From NCBI GenBank assembly GCA_032718475.1, contig JAUCBJ010001288.1:1-37616 (forward strand): a stretch of DNA of 37,616 nt, in the 5' to 3' direction. A program made the position numbers and the translations under genes. This stretch comes from Nemertoderma westbladi (lineage: Eukaryota; Animalia; Xenacoelomorpha). The notes under the pieces were generated by a model, which was not told the DNA's origin, ran no database searches, and saw only the letters and a list, made by a program, of their open reading frames with translations. The first letter of the stretch is position 1. Each line of letters opens with the position of its first letter. Positions 1 to 11,948 of this stretch are shown in pieces.

Positions 1-136
1 CTTATGCAAACATATTGTAAAAGCTTTTGCGGATATAATCAGTCCCCTTGCCCACAAAGTACCGTGTAGGTGTTTTAGCGGACATAAAATTCATTCTTTC
101 TGTATGTGTACTTTGGCGGACATAACAAGACACTAA

Positions 137-1176
137 TGCCGCAATATGCCAAATCCTCTAGCACAGTGTTGCTTTGATGATTCAGATTACGACATCTACC
201 AGCTGGTTTGCTGGCATGGAAACGGCCGTTGGATCTATGGTTCTTTGTTCGGCTTAACAGCCAATCAGGGCGATTTTCATTTTATGTGTGGAGATATCTC
301 TGCAAATTGTGCTAGGCGAGTTTAGTGTTGGTTTTCCTATGCCAAGAACACCGGCTGTGGAATCATTCTGTTTTCAGACTTTAGCCAAACATTAGTAGGC
401 TTTGATTATAGAAACGTATAACTGTTATCAAGTCAATCCATATCATATCATATAAAACAGTGCATATCTCGTACTTTTCACCGCATTATTTTACTGCTAT
501 TTACTGTCGGTTATTAATTGCATCAGTTGATGGAATATTGTTATACTTGGAGAATATCGATAAATAACCCAAAAATCCCAATCTTCTTGATACACTAAAG
601 GTTAGAGAGACCGGTTACATATAGCAATTGCAACTTATATTATCGTGGTTTTGGAGTGAATCTAATGCTATTTCATAGATACTACATGAGTCAATTGCTG
701 TTCTCTTTATGTATGAACAAATTTTAGTGACTGTCGGCAGATCAGTGTGCAGTTGTGCGGTACCGGTAGTGTGCATGAGTGCGACTGATAACTAAGCATC
801 TCCTAAAGAATGCGCCTTATACGTGAATCATAAGCCGTACCGTTGTGTTTAGTATAAGTCATAACTCTGTTTACATATTTAGAGCGCCACGTCCTAAAGG
901 AACTGTTAATATTTCCCGAAAGTGAATAATATTTGTCAGAGATTATATATTAACGATCAATCGAATAATACAGTAGGCTTACACCGCAATAAGGTCAAGG
1001 CATACGAATCCAGCCTCCCGGGTATATCCAGCGGGTGAATGATCGCGCATCGGCTGGCTTCGGCTAATGTTGTGTTTATTTATAACAAATACTTGTCATA
1101 GGCTAAAGTCGATTTATAAACTAAAAGACACTTAAAATTAGTGGGTTAAACTGCTAAAGGTCTAAAAGCGCGAACA
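137..1176 (+). repeat. 5' LTR of BEL/Pao element
   Basis: TGCCGCAATA...GCGCGAACA; about 17 substitutions and no indels versus 17694-18733 by manual comparison (~98.4% identity). Confidence 0.95.
451..457 (+). promoter_or_regulatory. Candidate TATA box in LTR
   Basis: TATAAAA at 451-457, conserved in the 3' LTR; based on motif only. Confidence 0.35.
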
Positions 1177-1189
1177 ATAACAGTTATAC
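1177..1189 (+). promoter_or_regulatory. Non-tRNA primer-binding site candidate (self-priming type)
   Basis: ATAACAGTTATAC immediately follows the LTR-terminal CA and is the exact reverse complement of GTATAACTGTTAT at 416-428 (and 17973-17985). No TGG-type tRNA PBS is present here. Confidence 0.65.
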
Positions 1190-1242
1190 CTTCTTTATTG
1201 CAACGTAAGCAATAAAGCTGAAGTACCGGTCGACCGGTAACC

Positions 1243-1346
1243 TGTAGGCCCAACTGCCCGAACCGGTACTGCTGTAGGCATGTAGGCCCAACTGCCCGAA
1301 CTGGTACTGATGTAGGCCTGTAGGCCCAACTGCCCTAACCGGTACT
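1243..1346 (+). repeat. 38-bp tandem repeat (~2.7 copies) in BEL leader
   Basis: TGTAGGCCCAACTGCCC(G/T)AAC(C/T)GGTACT at 1243, 1281 and 1319. Confidence 0.85.
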
Positions 1347-2177
1347 TCCAGTACAGGTACATCAGTATTATTCGATTTTGATTATTATATACCGGTAGGT
1401 CTTGGTACTTAATCAGGGACTGCAGCCCTGGTTTTTTATTGAGATTTTACTTATTTCTGTTGGTTTTATCTACATGTAAGTTAATATTGAGCAGAAGATA
1501 TGTAAGTCTGCTCAGATTGTTCAGATAATTGTAGGCTGGACTGTTGTCTGACTGTTGTTAGGTCTGGAGAGATTGCGGCGTGTGTAGAGTCTGTCCGATA
1601 AAGTACCAGTTAGGAACGTAGGGGCATCTTGAGTTGTAAGGTAAACCCCCTCCGAAAGAATAAGTCGTCCTACTCGGTTAGAACGCATACTAACTAACCA
1701 TTTCGGAATCTGCATATACTGTAGTTTATTTAGGCTTGATAGTAGTCTGCCAGCGTTTAGTCTGTATTTGTTTGTGTATTCCGTACGGGTAGCGTAATAT
1801 TTATTATTCAGAGTTTATGCGATATTCGCAACATTCATATCCCCAAGTTTATTCCTACAGTAATTGTGCTTGTTACACATACCGTTATAGTTAAATTAAC
1901 CCCGGTACTACACGGGCTGCTTGGCGTAGGTAAAGACTGATGATTTTGTGCCCCGGTCACTCCAGCAGATACCGTGGTTCCTTTAGCTGTACAAGTATTT
2001 TTAACTGCTGGTTATCTGTTTTACAAGTACTTGTACCTAATTTAGGGTTCAGTGTACAGTGCTTTCCGAAAGTAATTAGTGTGTGGGCAGTATATTTGTG
2101 TTGTAAAGTGGTTAATAGGCACATTGGTTCTGGTAGACCGCGGTAATTAACTTCTAGGTAGGAACACTCCGTGAAAC

Positions 2178-2237
2178 ATAACGTAGTACTTATAGCGATA
2201 CGGCTATATAACGTAGTACTTATAGCGATACGGCTAT
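2178..2237 (+). repeat. Perfect 30-bp tandem duplication in BEL leader
   Basis: ATAACGTAGTACTTATAGCGATACGGCTAT x2. Confidence 0.9.
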
Positions 2238-4184
2238 AAATCGTCAGACGGTGGTATTTTTCCTATCTGGACAACGCAGTATATTTACTACTGCTTTATT
2301 ATTTTCAAATACCGTAGTATCCTGTCCGTTGTAATAACCAGAAATTCTAACCCTCTGTTGGGCTGGTTGGTAGTTTCCCTGTCAAATTATCCTAAAAATT
2401 CGTACGTGTAATTTTTGTGTTTATTTAGAGATTGTAATCTCACCCTATATTGTACGTAATTCGTAGATAAGTAACTTAGGCCAGTAGAATTATTTGTTTT
2501 AGTGTGCAACAAGTAGCACCGCACTAAGAGCGTATAGCTTATGTGCAGTGACTCCTCAGAAATAATAACATTTATTTCAAATATTGTAACAAAACCCCTT
2601 AAACGGGTATATATATATATTATAAATCAACTCCAATAGATTTATAAACTAGGTAGGCCTGTCATACAACAATTAGATCTTGACATCAGTTGGACTACTG
2701 CTTAAATAATGGTAATAAAGTAAGATAAAGTAAGATAAAGTAACTAAGTAACCCTTAAGATTCAGAAATTCAATTATTCTAAAATAATAGACATACCGGT
2801 ATCTGCAATAGGCTTGCTATATCTATATATTTGCGCTGAAATTATATACCGGTATTCTGTGACAAACCTAGTCTGCAATAATACTTATATACCGTATACT
2901 ATAAGTGTATACCGGTATTCTAATATATTGTAATTAATTACCGGTACTAGGCTAACAGTCATACTGAATTACTAGACTTGCTTTAACTGTAACTATAGCA
3001 GTAGGCATTCAACTGTATAAACAAATATGTCTGACACAAAGCAAAACCTGTCAGACAGTCTAATTGATACAACCATCTGTGACCCAGATAGGAGTGTGGA
3101 ACGTTTAAGACCGAAGTTCAGCTCACCTCCTACTGTAAGAAAGGTCATCCCTCCGGTAGTAGTATCAGACCCTAGGCTAATCCAACACCGTAGGTCTATC
3201 ATCGGCACTCGGGCCCAGGTCAAGCGGGATCAAGAAGCCGCTGTCAAACCGCAGCAACATCCTAGCCAAGAACTTCGATCCCAGCGACCCGATAGCTCCA
3301 GTAGTTCGGATACTGTAGAGCTGACCCCCGAACGCGGAGTGAAGATGACGGATACGGTTTATTCGGATCCCCTTCACACTCTTCCTGCAGCAGTACTAAC
3401 TACGGTATTGATGGCTGTGGAGGAACACCAAGTCGATTGGGCGAGAAGTAAGCGATCGACCCAAGACAGTTATGCGGGATACGCAAGGGAGGAATTGATG
3501 TCTATTGTCGAGTCGCAATGGAACTTCCCCGGACTCGGACTCCCGTTAGACTTATCTGAAGCTACCTGGGAAGACATACACAGGATGGGAGTGACAAAAG
3601 ATACAATGGATCCAGCTGTTTGGAAGAGGTCGGCAGCAGGATATGTGCAGGGATTCTTCGGCTCTTTAGAGCGATTAGAGGAACAACTGTTTCGACAACC
3701 CCAAGGACCTCAAGAGCAGGAAGAGCTGCTTTATCAAGTACGCGAAAGAACTCTACGCATTAGACTAATCCTATCGGCCTTTGAGGAAGCTTCCAAAAGA
3801 AGACAGGACACGTCGTTGCAAGTTGCTGTCAAGACTTGGTTCCAGCGGGTGGGTCTCAAGGTTCAAGAAACTGCCCAGTGGAAATTTCAGCTGGCTGAGT
3901 GACCAACCTATGAAGAATCAACCGATGCCACCTTTTCTCAAGTGGAAAGCGAAGTGACAGCAGAGAGACAGCGAAAGAGAGACGCTATTGACATCTACCT
4001 ATCAGACTATCAACGTTTCCTAGGTGATGAAGAGTTGAGGAGACGGCTGTCTGGACTTCGCCCTAATAGTGAAGGAGCCAAGTTTGTGTTGGATGCAATC
4101 GATGCGGAAATGTTAGCTGCGAACCAAGCCATATTTGACGAAAGACTCCGCATTGCTAGAGTCCAAGAAGAACAAGTAAAGAAA

Positions 4185-5513
4185 CTACTACTAGGATCGG
4201 CATGCTGCATTGCAGCTGCATTTTTAAGAATGCTGTGCCGGCTTGTCAACAAAATTGCACCGCCACAACTCCCTATCACCCATGACATTTGCTAGATCAT
4301 CCGCATCTTCAAGGCCAGTGTCCTTTAAGATGCGTCTCAAGAAAGTCATGGGCTGTCCACCATGCTTATTCACTCCATGAGGCTGCCAAAGTACAAGATT
4401 ATGCACTGGCTGGTCCTCACGGCGAAAGCAATGTCCTGCAAAGCGGAGGCGATTTTGTTCTAGTGTCAAGCTTGGGGGAACCAATGAGACACCTCCAATG
4501 TTATATAGTGTCTGGTTGGAGATGTGTGCATTGTACTTGACACAATGTACCCGGCGTAGCATTCTTGTGAATGTGCCATCCAGAGATTTGGTGTCCTCAG
4601 CAGTTAGAGCCCAGCATGGACTCCCATAGAGGAGTACTGGAACTACTGCTGCTCTAAATAATCGGACTTTAAGTTTCCGATTAATTCTAGGTGACTTCCA
4701 AATCCTGGAAAGCCTATTCAAGGCTGCCCATGCCTTTCCCTTACGTATTCGAAGGTCCTCACCTGACTTCCGGATCCATGATCCCAGGTAACAGAAGTCG
4801 TCCACATGCTCAAGCATACCATCCTTTGAGCTTATGCTCATCCGATCAGAGACTTGCTGAGGACTTTCAAAGTTAACTGTCAGAATTTTGGTCTTTCTGG
4901 AGTTAATAAAAAGACCAACACTAGAAGCAGCATGTTCTAATGAGCTGAGGAGCCGCTGGGCTCCCTCTAATGATTCTGAGAGTACTCCTAAGTCATCAGC
5001 AAAGTCTAGATCAGTTAGGTACTTGGCAGGATTTCCTCGACTTCTGGAGCCAGTAGGTGGAGTTATCATCACCCCATCATCATTATGATGATCTAAGGAC
5101 ATGCGTAGAACATAGTCAACCACAATAATGAACAAGAATGGTGCAAGTGTGTCTCCTTGGAGGACGCCCCATAACACTTCAAATGGTTCTGTGTCACCGT
5201 CAACAGTAGACACAAATGTTGTCGAACCATCGTATACTGATCTGATTGCTGCAATAATTTCATCAGGAATCCCATATAATGAAAGTATGCTGAACATACG
5301 TGAGCGAGAGACTGAATCAAAGGCCTTGAAGAAGTCAACAAAGATAACAGCCAGATGCCTGTCTTTCTTTTTTGATAACTCTTCAATTATCCTTCTAAGT
5401 GCCAAAATGGGCTCCATGGTCCCACGACCTTTACGGAACCCATTCTGATTTCCACGTAGCAGTCTCTCAATGGGATCCCTGATGCGATTTAATAGAATTC
5501 TATTTTTCTATTT
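4185..5513 (-). mobile_element. 5'-truncated RTE-like non-LTR retrotransposon inserted antisense in gag
   Basis: Flanked by AAGAAA direct repeats (4179-4184, 5514-5519); short (TAG)3 tail on the minus strand at 4185-4193; removing 1335 bp restores the gag frame (EEQVKK/KRIEDRKKVAVAAAE). Confidence 0.9.
4224..5504 (-). CDS. LINE reverse transcriptase, C-terminal part (RTE-like), no endonuclease
   Basis: NRILLNRI..QNGFRKGRGT, VDFFKAFDSV, GVLQGDTLAPFLF, LDFADD, FCYLGS, RLRFAGH, DRELWR; frame open to the stop at 4224. Confidence 0.9.
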   Translation of the reverse strand, partial: NRILLNRIRDPIERLLRGNQNGFRKGRGTMEPILALRRIIEELSKKKDRHLAVIFVDFFKAFDSVSRSRMFSILSLYGIPDEIIAAIRSVYDGSTTFVSTVDGDTEPFEVLWGVLQGDTLAPFLFIIVVDYVLRMSLDHHNDDGVMITPPTGSRSRGNPAKYLTDLDFADDLGVLSESLEGAQRLLSSLEHAASSVGLFINSRKTKILTVNFESPQQVSDRMSISSKDGMLEHVDDFCYLGSWIRKSGEDLRIRKGKAWAALNRLSRIWKSPRINRKLKVRLFRAAVVPVLLYGSPCWALTAEDTKSLDGTFTRMLRRVHCVKYNAHISNQTLYNIGGVSLVPPSLTLEQNRLRFAGHCFRREDQPVHNLVLWQPHGVNKHGGQPMTFLRRILKDTGLEDADDLANVMGDRELWRCNFVDKPAQHS

Positions 5514-7680
5514 AAGAAAAAACGAATAGAAGACAGAAAGAAAGTGGCAGTGGCAGCAGCAGAAGTAAAAGCGGCAGTGGCCGAGGCAGAACGAAAAGCA
5601 TCTGAAGAGACCACCCAATTAGAGTTGGAAAATATTCAAGAGAATCAAGACTACATAAATAAACAGTTAGCAGCTAGTCAAATGCAGATGATGAGTCGAT
5701 CTACTCCCAAACGACAGGGATTTACATCTTCTGATGAAGGCGATACCACCAACCCTGAAGGCGGAGGACATAGATCTCGTCTAAGTAGGCGTAGAAGAAC
5801 GTCTCACCGTCAGAAATTGCCTGATTTGCCTCCAGCTGTTAGAAGACAACTAGCTAGCACAGACTTAGGTAGTACAGAACCCACAGACCAAATTATTAGA
5901 GTAGAAAGACTCCCTACTATAGTAGATGAGCCTGAAATAATTAGGCCTGTTCTCGAAACCACCCCTTCGGTGAGAGAGACCCCTGTACTCCTCGAACCTA
6001 CCACCAAATTCCCTTTGCACAGTACTAAACTGCCTGTACCCGGTAGAACAGCCCAAGAGAATATCCCGGTCCTGGATGCCGAGAGAGAAATCCAAGATTT
6101 GTCTCCCGTCGTCCCGCATCTGCCCGCTACTACGTTGGCGACTCCCGCTTCGGCGGTCGAGTGGGTAGATGAGGGACGGCGGGAGATGTGTCTCTTGCTC
6201 GGACAGCTGAGGGAACAACGAGAATGTTCCTCCCGGCAGGTCCGAGATTCAGAAGGGACTGTCCACCAGCTCAAGGGAACAGTAAGGGAAAGTAGGTTAG
6301 AGCTACAAGAAGTGCAGCAAAGTATTGCGCTAGAACTCGACAAATTAGTAAATATACAAAAGGGTATACCAACTCCCCCTGTAACCATGTGTCAACCTGT
6401 TAGGCCTGAAGTATTTCATGCGCAAGGTGTGGAGCCTACACGCATCTATACTGCTAGTGAAGTAGAAACTCCTATAGTAAACCCTATTAAGGGTAATTAT
6501 AAACCTGTTGATAATGATATTCCCTATAGACCTGATAATAATCCGAGAAATTTATATACCGATAATTCGATATTAAATAACACGATGGCCCAAGAAAGCT
6601 TTACGCGTCAGATGGCTAGAACAGAAGCCCGCCAAGCGGTCAAAGTGGGAGAGATCGTCAAATTCAATGGAGATGAGATGAAATGGTTATCTTTTAATGA
6701 ATATTATAAAGATAACATACAGAACTCTGTACTATCTAACGGAGAGAAACTTAGATTCCTCATCGAATGTTTGGAAGGACCTCCCAAGTTAATGGCGTTA
6801 AAGTTTATTGGACATCCAGATGGATTAAGACAAGTTTGGGATACATTAAACATCAGGTATGGTAATAGGAATAACATAGCTAAGTATTTGTATGCAAAAT
6901 TGGTAGCCCCCCGAAAGTTCATTAGTAGCGGGATTATAGAGTTTTCCGATGAGATTCAGGAGGTCTGTAGACAATTGGATTGGCTAGGTAAGTCTCATGA
7001 ATATCAGAGTTCCATGGTTATTGGAGCCATAGCCTCTACTTTACCAAAGGGTGGAGTAGGTACACGCTGGGACAAGAAAGTGTTGTATATGATGGAGCAG
7101 CAACAACGAGACCCTACCATGGCTGATCTCATGTCCTTCTTAGATGGAGAAGTAAAATTACAACTCATAAAGCAGTCCAGAGAGAAAACACCGGAAAATA
7201 AGTTAAGTGAGAAACCCGTTTCTAGGAGAAAAGTAACCCCAGTGTGTTATACTGACGATGGCGAAAGTCAAGCTTCTCAAGAAGGTAAAAGACACTGGCT
7301 GATCTTACTATGTTAACAAAACGGCAAAAGACGTAAGTAAATACAAGTCTCGAACCAATGATAGGAGAGAACAGGTTGCCAAGACTCCTCCTCAGTCTTG
7401 TAACAGAATTCACGGAAGAAAGCCCGAAGAAGGAACGAGAGTGCATAACGTTATCCAAGGTAAAGTGAGTAACATCAAACCAAAATGTGCGCTGTGCGAC
7501 GGGCCCCACCGTTTGAGTGCGTGTGCTGAATTTCTAAAGAAATCCCTGGTAGACAGACGTGAAGTCATGTGGGATAAGCGGTTATGCTATAATTGCCTCA
7601 GACAAGGACACCAACGGCGAACCTGTTACTCCGACGTAAGGTGTGCAAAGTGCGGTGCGAAACATCACATCTTGTTACAC

Positions 7681-10600
7681 AATGAATTCGAACGAAACAG
7701 CCCGAGTCAGGTAAGTGAGCCCAAACTACATGTCCAATTCAGTGATGTAAATGACACTGATCAAGGTTCTGAGATGGAAGGATTCTATACGGACGAATTC
7801 TCCGATGCCAACGAATCCTGTTACCTAATAAATACCGCAGTGTATCGAGCACTTACGTATGAAAAGGAAACAGATAATGAGTTCCCCCCAACTACTTTTG
7901 ACAGACAACCATCTTGGAAAGCACCAACCTCCAACGTAGGAATCCGAGAGTTTCCTGTAGTGCAGGTAAGAGTCCATGGTCCTGACAAAAGTTACATAGT
8001 GAACGCCCTCCTTGATTCCGGCAGCACAGGAACATTTATTGACCAAGAACTAGCCGAAGACATCTTTGCTGGACAACCCAAATTCCAAACTAAGTTAAAC
8101 ATGTCAGGAATTATGCAGGTTTGGAAATCGACCATAATTGCAGATTATTATGTAGGTGCGTTGTCCACCCCCCAGGATAAATTAGGAGAACAAAGTATAA
8201 GGTCAGTAAAAATGGTGGCAATAAAGAACTTCGCTACTACCCAAGTAGAACCTTATAACTGGGACGAGGACGAGTGCATCCAGCAGCTTAAGATACCTCG
8301 ATTCCACACAGATTATCCTGGAGTGCAAATCCTCATCGGCCAAAACGCGCATGAGGCGCTAGAGACATTGGAGAAACGGCCTGCTCAACCGCAGCCACTA
8401 CAAACCTATGCGGTAAGAACTAGAGTAGGTTGGTACTTTACTGGTCCTTCCCGTATAACTCTCAAAGAAAGATTACCCCAAGAACAGGTATACCAAGTGG
8501 GGGAGTGGGAAGTGGAGAGCAGTGAGGTGGACGACCCAACTGAGGGAACGCCATACTCCTCAGATAACGACGATATCCACCAACTCTTCGACGAAGAGAA
8601 TGCAATCGACCTACTTACGGAAAACGAAACTTGGCAAAACCAAGTGAACCTATGTCAACTGATTCGCCCATCGGGGCCAATTAACTACAATGACGAACTC
8701 AATGACGAGATAGAGCGCTACAACGCTAGGACTCGGGACGAACTCGCCGTACGATTCTTTACTCAAGAGGTGGTAGAGCCCAATTCATACGATAAGGCCC
8801 TATCGGTAGAAGAAGAAAGAGCCAAGCAGATCCAGGAGACAACTACACGTTTTCTAAAAGATCAAGGTAGATATGAAATCGGCCTACCATTTCGAAAACG
8901 AGAACCTAGATTTATAAACAACCGACCCTTGGCGGAGAAAAGAATCGCTCAATTACATCGCCGCCTTACGGCAAATGCTTCAGCTAAAGAAATGTATCAA
9001 ACTCAGTTGAAGAAATTTATTAACAAAGGATATGCGGAGCGAGTACCGGAAGAAACACCCATAACTGAGAGAACGTACTATCTAACGCATCATTACGTTC
9101 CCAAACCCGGTAAACCCCATGAAGTCCGAGTCGTATTCGAAGGCTCCGCCCTATACATGGGCCAATCCCTCAATTCTTAGTTGTTACCAGGACCCAACTT
9201 ACTTCAATCCTTGTTGGGAATACTCTTAAGACTAAGACAATATTCCATCGCTTTCGCCTCTGATATAGAAGGAATGTTCTTACAAGTCAAGGCGCTGGAT
9301 AGGGATAGAGACAGCCTAAGATTTCTGTGGTGGCCTGAAGGAGATCTCAACCAGAAACCGGTGGAGTATGATCATCACATATGATCATCTGATGACCATC
9401 CAGGCTTTTGGGATCATCTCAAGCCCTTCGAATGCCTGCTCAGTGGTGCAGACCACTGCTGATGACAACCGGGACGCCTTCTCCAAAGAGGTTATTGACA
9501 ACATTAAACGGGATATATACATGGACGACAATATAAAGTCCCTCCCATCGGTGGAAGAAGCCATTGATGTCGCCAAAGGAACGGTAGAATGCTTAAAAAG
9601 AGGTGGATTTAGATTGACTAAATTCACCAGCAACTCCCGTGAGTTTCTGGAATCGATTCCGGTAGAAGACCGAGGAGCGAAAGACTTAGACCTAATCAAG
9701 GACGATCTTCCAGAAACCAAGACGCTTGGCTTGAAGTGGGACACGGAGAGAGATATCCTGTTTTTTCAGCTAAAACAGCGAGATAATCCAGTTTGGACCA
9801 AACGGATTTGTTTAAGTATCCTGAGCACTTATTTTGATCCATTGGGATTTATTAGCCCAGTTATATTGATTGCTCGGAGTTTAGTACAACAAATGTGGCT
9901 CGAAAACCACTCATGGGACGATCCACTTAAGGGAGAACTATTAAAGAAGTGGATGAAATGGGAAGATTCTCTACCAGCCATTGAGAACTTTATAATTTCC
10001 CGTTCATATTTTGGTCATGTTCTCCCTACGTATTCCTATCAACTCCATGTGTTTGGAGACGCCAGCGATATGGGAATAGGTATAGTAGCATACGTGAGAG
10101 TTGAAACTCCGGATGGAATCAAAGTCGCCTTGGTTACCTCTATGGCCTTGATTAACAACAAGTTGAAGGTTCCTTGAGCGGAGTTAAAAGCGGCTCTATA
10201 CACTACAGCCATCGGCCGGAATGTAACTGAACAGATCGATTACCCACTGGAGAAAACTGTTTACTGGACCGATGCTTTACTCGTGTTGGAGTATATAACC
10301 AATGAAGTCTGTCAGTTCAGCGTCTTTGTTACCAACAGAGTAGCCATTATTCTTAGTCGCACAAAGATAGATCAATGGAGACATTGCCCTGGTACGATTA
10401 ATCCAGCCGACATCGCCTCCAGGGGAGCAACTCCACAGGAACTGATAGATACTCCAGATTGGTTGGGTGGACCCGACTTCCTGAGCAAGGAAGAGGATGA
10501 ATGGCCTCCTCACCTTACTACGGCAGAGATTAGACAAGCCAAGGGAGCGGAGAAAGTCAAACCTAAAACCCGAGCGAGTAAATCGAAGTTATTTAAACCT

Positions 10601-11948
10601 GTGATAGATCTGTCAGTATTACACAATTCCGGAGACGAGGTTTTGGATCCACAATCCCTCGCCACAAATAAGTCTGTTGTGGAAATCAGAGAGAGAGAAT
10701 GGAAATCTGGAATGCCAGACGTCTCGCAAGGACTCTCACCCCTGCTGCAGAGAGCGATACATCACTATAGTTCCTGGAATCGGCTCTGTAAGGCCGTCAC
10801 ATATTTAAAGCGATGTTTTCATCATCAATACTACAGGACAAAGACCACTAGTGATACCGCTCCACTGACATCTGCACAAGTTCATGTTGTTAAAGATCTT
10901 CCCAAATATAGTAAGCTTCTATGAACTACCCTTTACTAATACCGGTGTGGATTTATTTGGCCCTATTGAAGTATATCATGCTAGGACTTTAGTCAAGAGA
11001 TGGTGTGTCATCTTTGTCTGCATGACTTGTAGAGCTATCCATCTCGATATGGTGAACAATCTATCTACCAACAGCTTCGTATTAAGTTTACGCCGACAGA
11101 TCGCTCGCTTCGGAACTAGTAACACGATGAGATCTGATAAGGGAACGAACTTCATTGGTGCCAACAACGAAATTCAGGCTTACGTAAAGGACTGGAACCA
11201 AAGACAGGTGGACGATCAGCTAAGGATAACAGCGTCTAGCTGGACCTTCAACGCCGCCGACGCCCCTTGGTGGGGAGGAAGTTGGGAGAGATTAATAAGA
11301 AGTGTAAAGACCGCATTTCACTTTATAGTGCCGTGCCGCGCGTATCTCACCAACGAACTTTTGCGGACGCTAATGGAGGAAATCGCCGCCTATCTCAACG
11401 AGAGACCGCTTATGCCAGTCTCATCTAGTCCCGATTCCCTGGAAGTGCTAACACCCGCGCACTTCCTACTGAAGAAACCTGTAGCCATGCTCCCACGATC
11501 GGAGATCACCGACGGAGACGAATACTGCCGGCAAACTTGGCAACTTATGCAGTTGCTATCCCGTCGTTTCGCTGATCATTTCGAAAAACATTATCTGCCC
11601 ACGCTACAACTTCGAACTAAGTGGTTTGCGCAGCAAGAAAACGTCAGCGCCGGAGACATGGTGCTTATTGTGGATTCAGACCTTCCACGTAAGCGGTGGC
11701 AGACAGGCCGTATCATCGAGACTCACATCTCGGAGGATGGTTTGGTGCGCTAGGTAGAACTCGTCGTCATGTGGCGTAACTTTAAGAAACCGGGCATAAT
11801 CTTCGAGACGCAACAGCTCAACCGCCCAGTTAGTCGTTTATGTTTACTGGAAAGAGACCGAGAACTCTCCGGAAACTATGGAAGGCAAGATACTCTTCCC
11901 ACGACCACCTCCCTAATTCCTCAAACATCTAGGGGCTCCCCAACATAA
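7681..11948 (+). pseudogene. pol: BEL/Pao pol (protease, RT, RNase H, integrase), disrupted
   Basis: ALLDSGSTGTFI; RVVFEGSA; SDIEGMFLQV; IYMDD; LHVFGDAS; WRHCPGTINPADIASRG; GVDLFGP/SDKGTNF/GGSWER; WQTGRI...RPVSRLCLLE. In-frame stops at 9178, 10175 and 11751; frameshifts near 9375 and 10910. Confidence 0.93.

Larger units (their letters stand above)
3027..7680 (+). pseudogene. gag: BEL/Pao gag region, disrupted
   Basis: ORFs 3027-3902, 3942-4184 and 5520/5544-7316 share one frame (in-frame TGA at 3900, LINE insertion at 4185). DUF1759-like KFNGDEMKWLSF...EKLRFLIECLEGPP. After a frameshift near 7260-7320 come the BEL knuckles CALCDGPHRLSAC, CYNCLRQGHQRRTC and CAKCGAKHHILLH. Confidence 0.85.

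Noticed and set aside
29-125. Three GCGGA(C/T)ATAA motifs upstream of the 5' LTR
   Set aside because: Too short and cut by the window edge to assign; they could be subterminal repeats of another element.
3942-4295. Stand-alone 117-aa gene
   Set aside because: It is a chimera of gag (to 4184) and antisense LINE sequence.
5810-11167. Short antisense ORFs over BEL gag-pol (likewise over ORF3 and the Gypsy)
   Set aside because: Shadow frames of coding DNA with no recognisable motifs.
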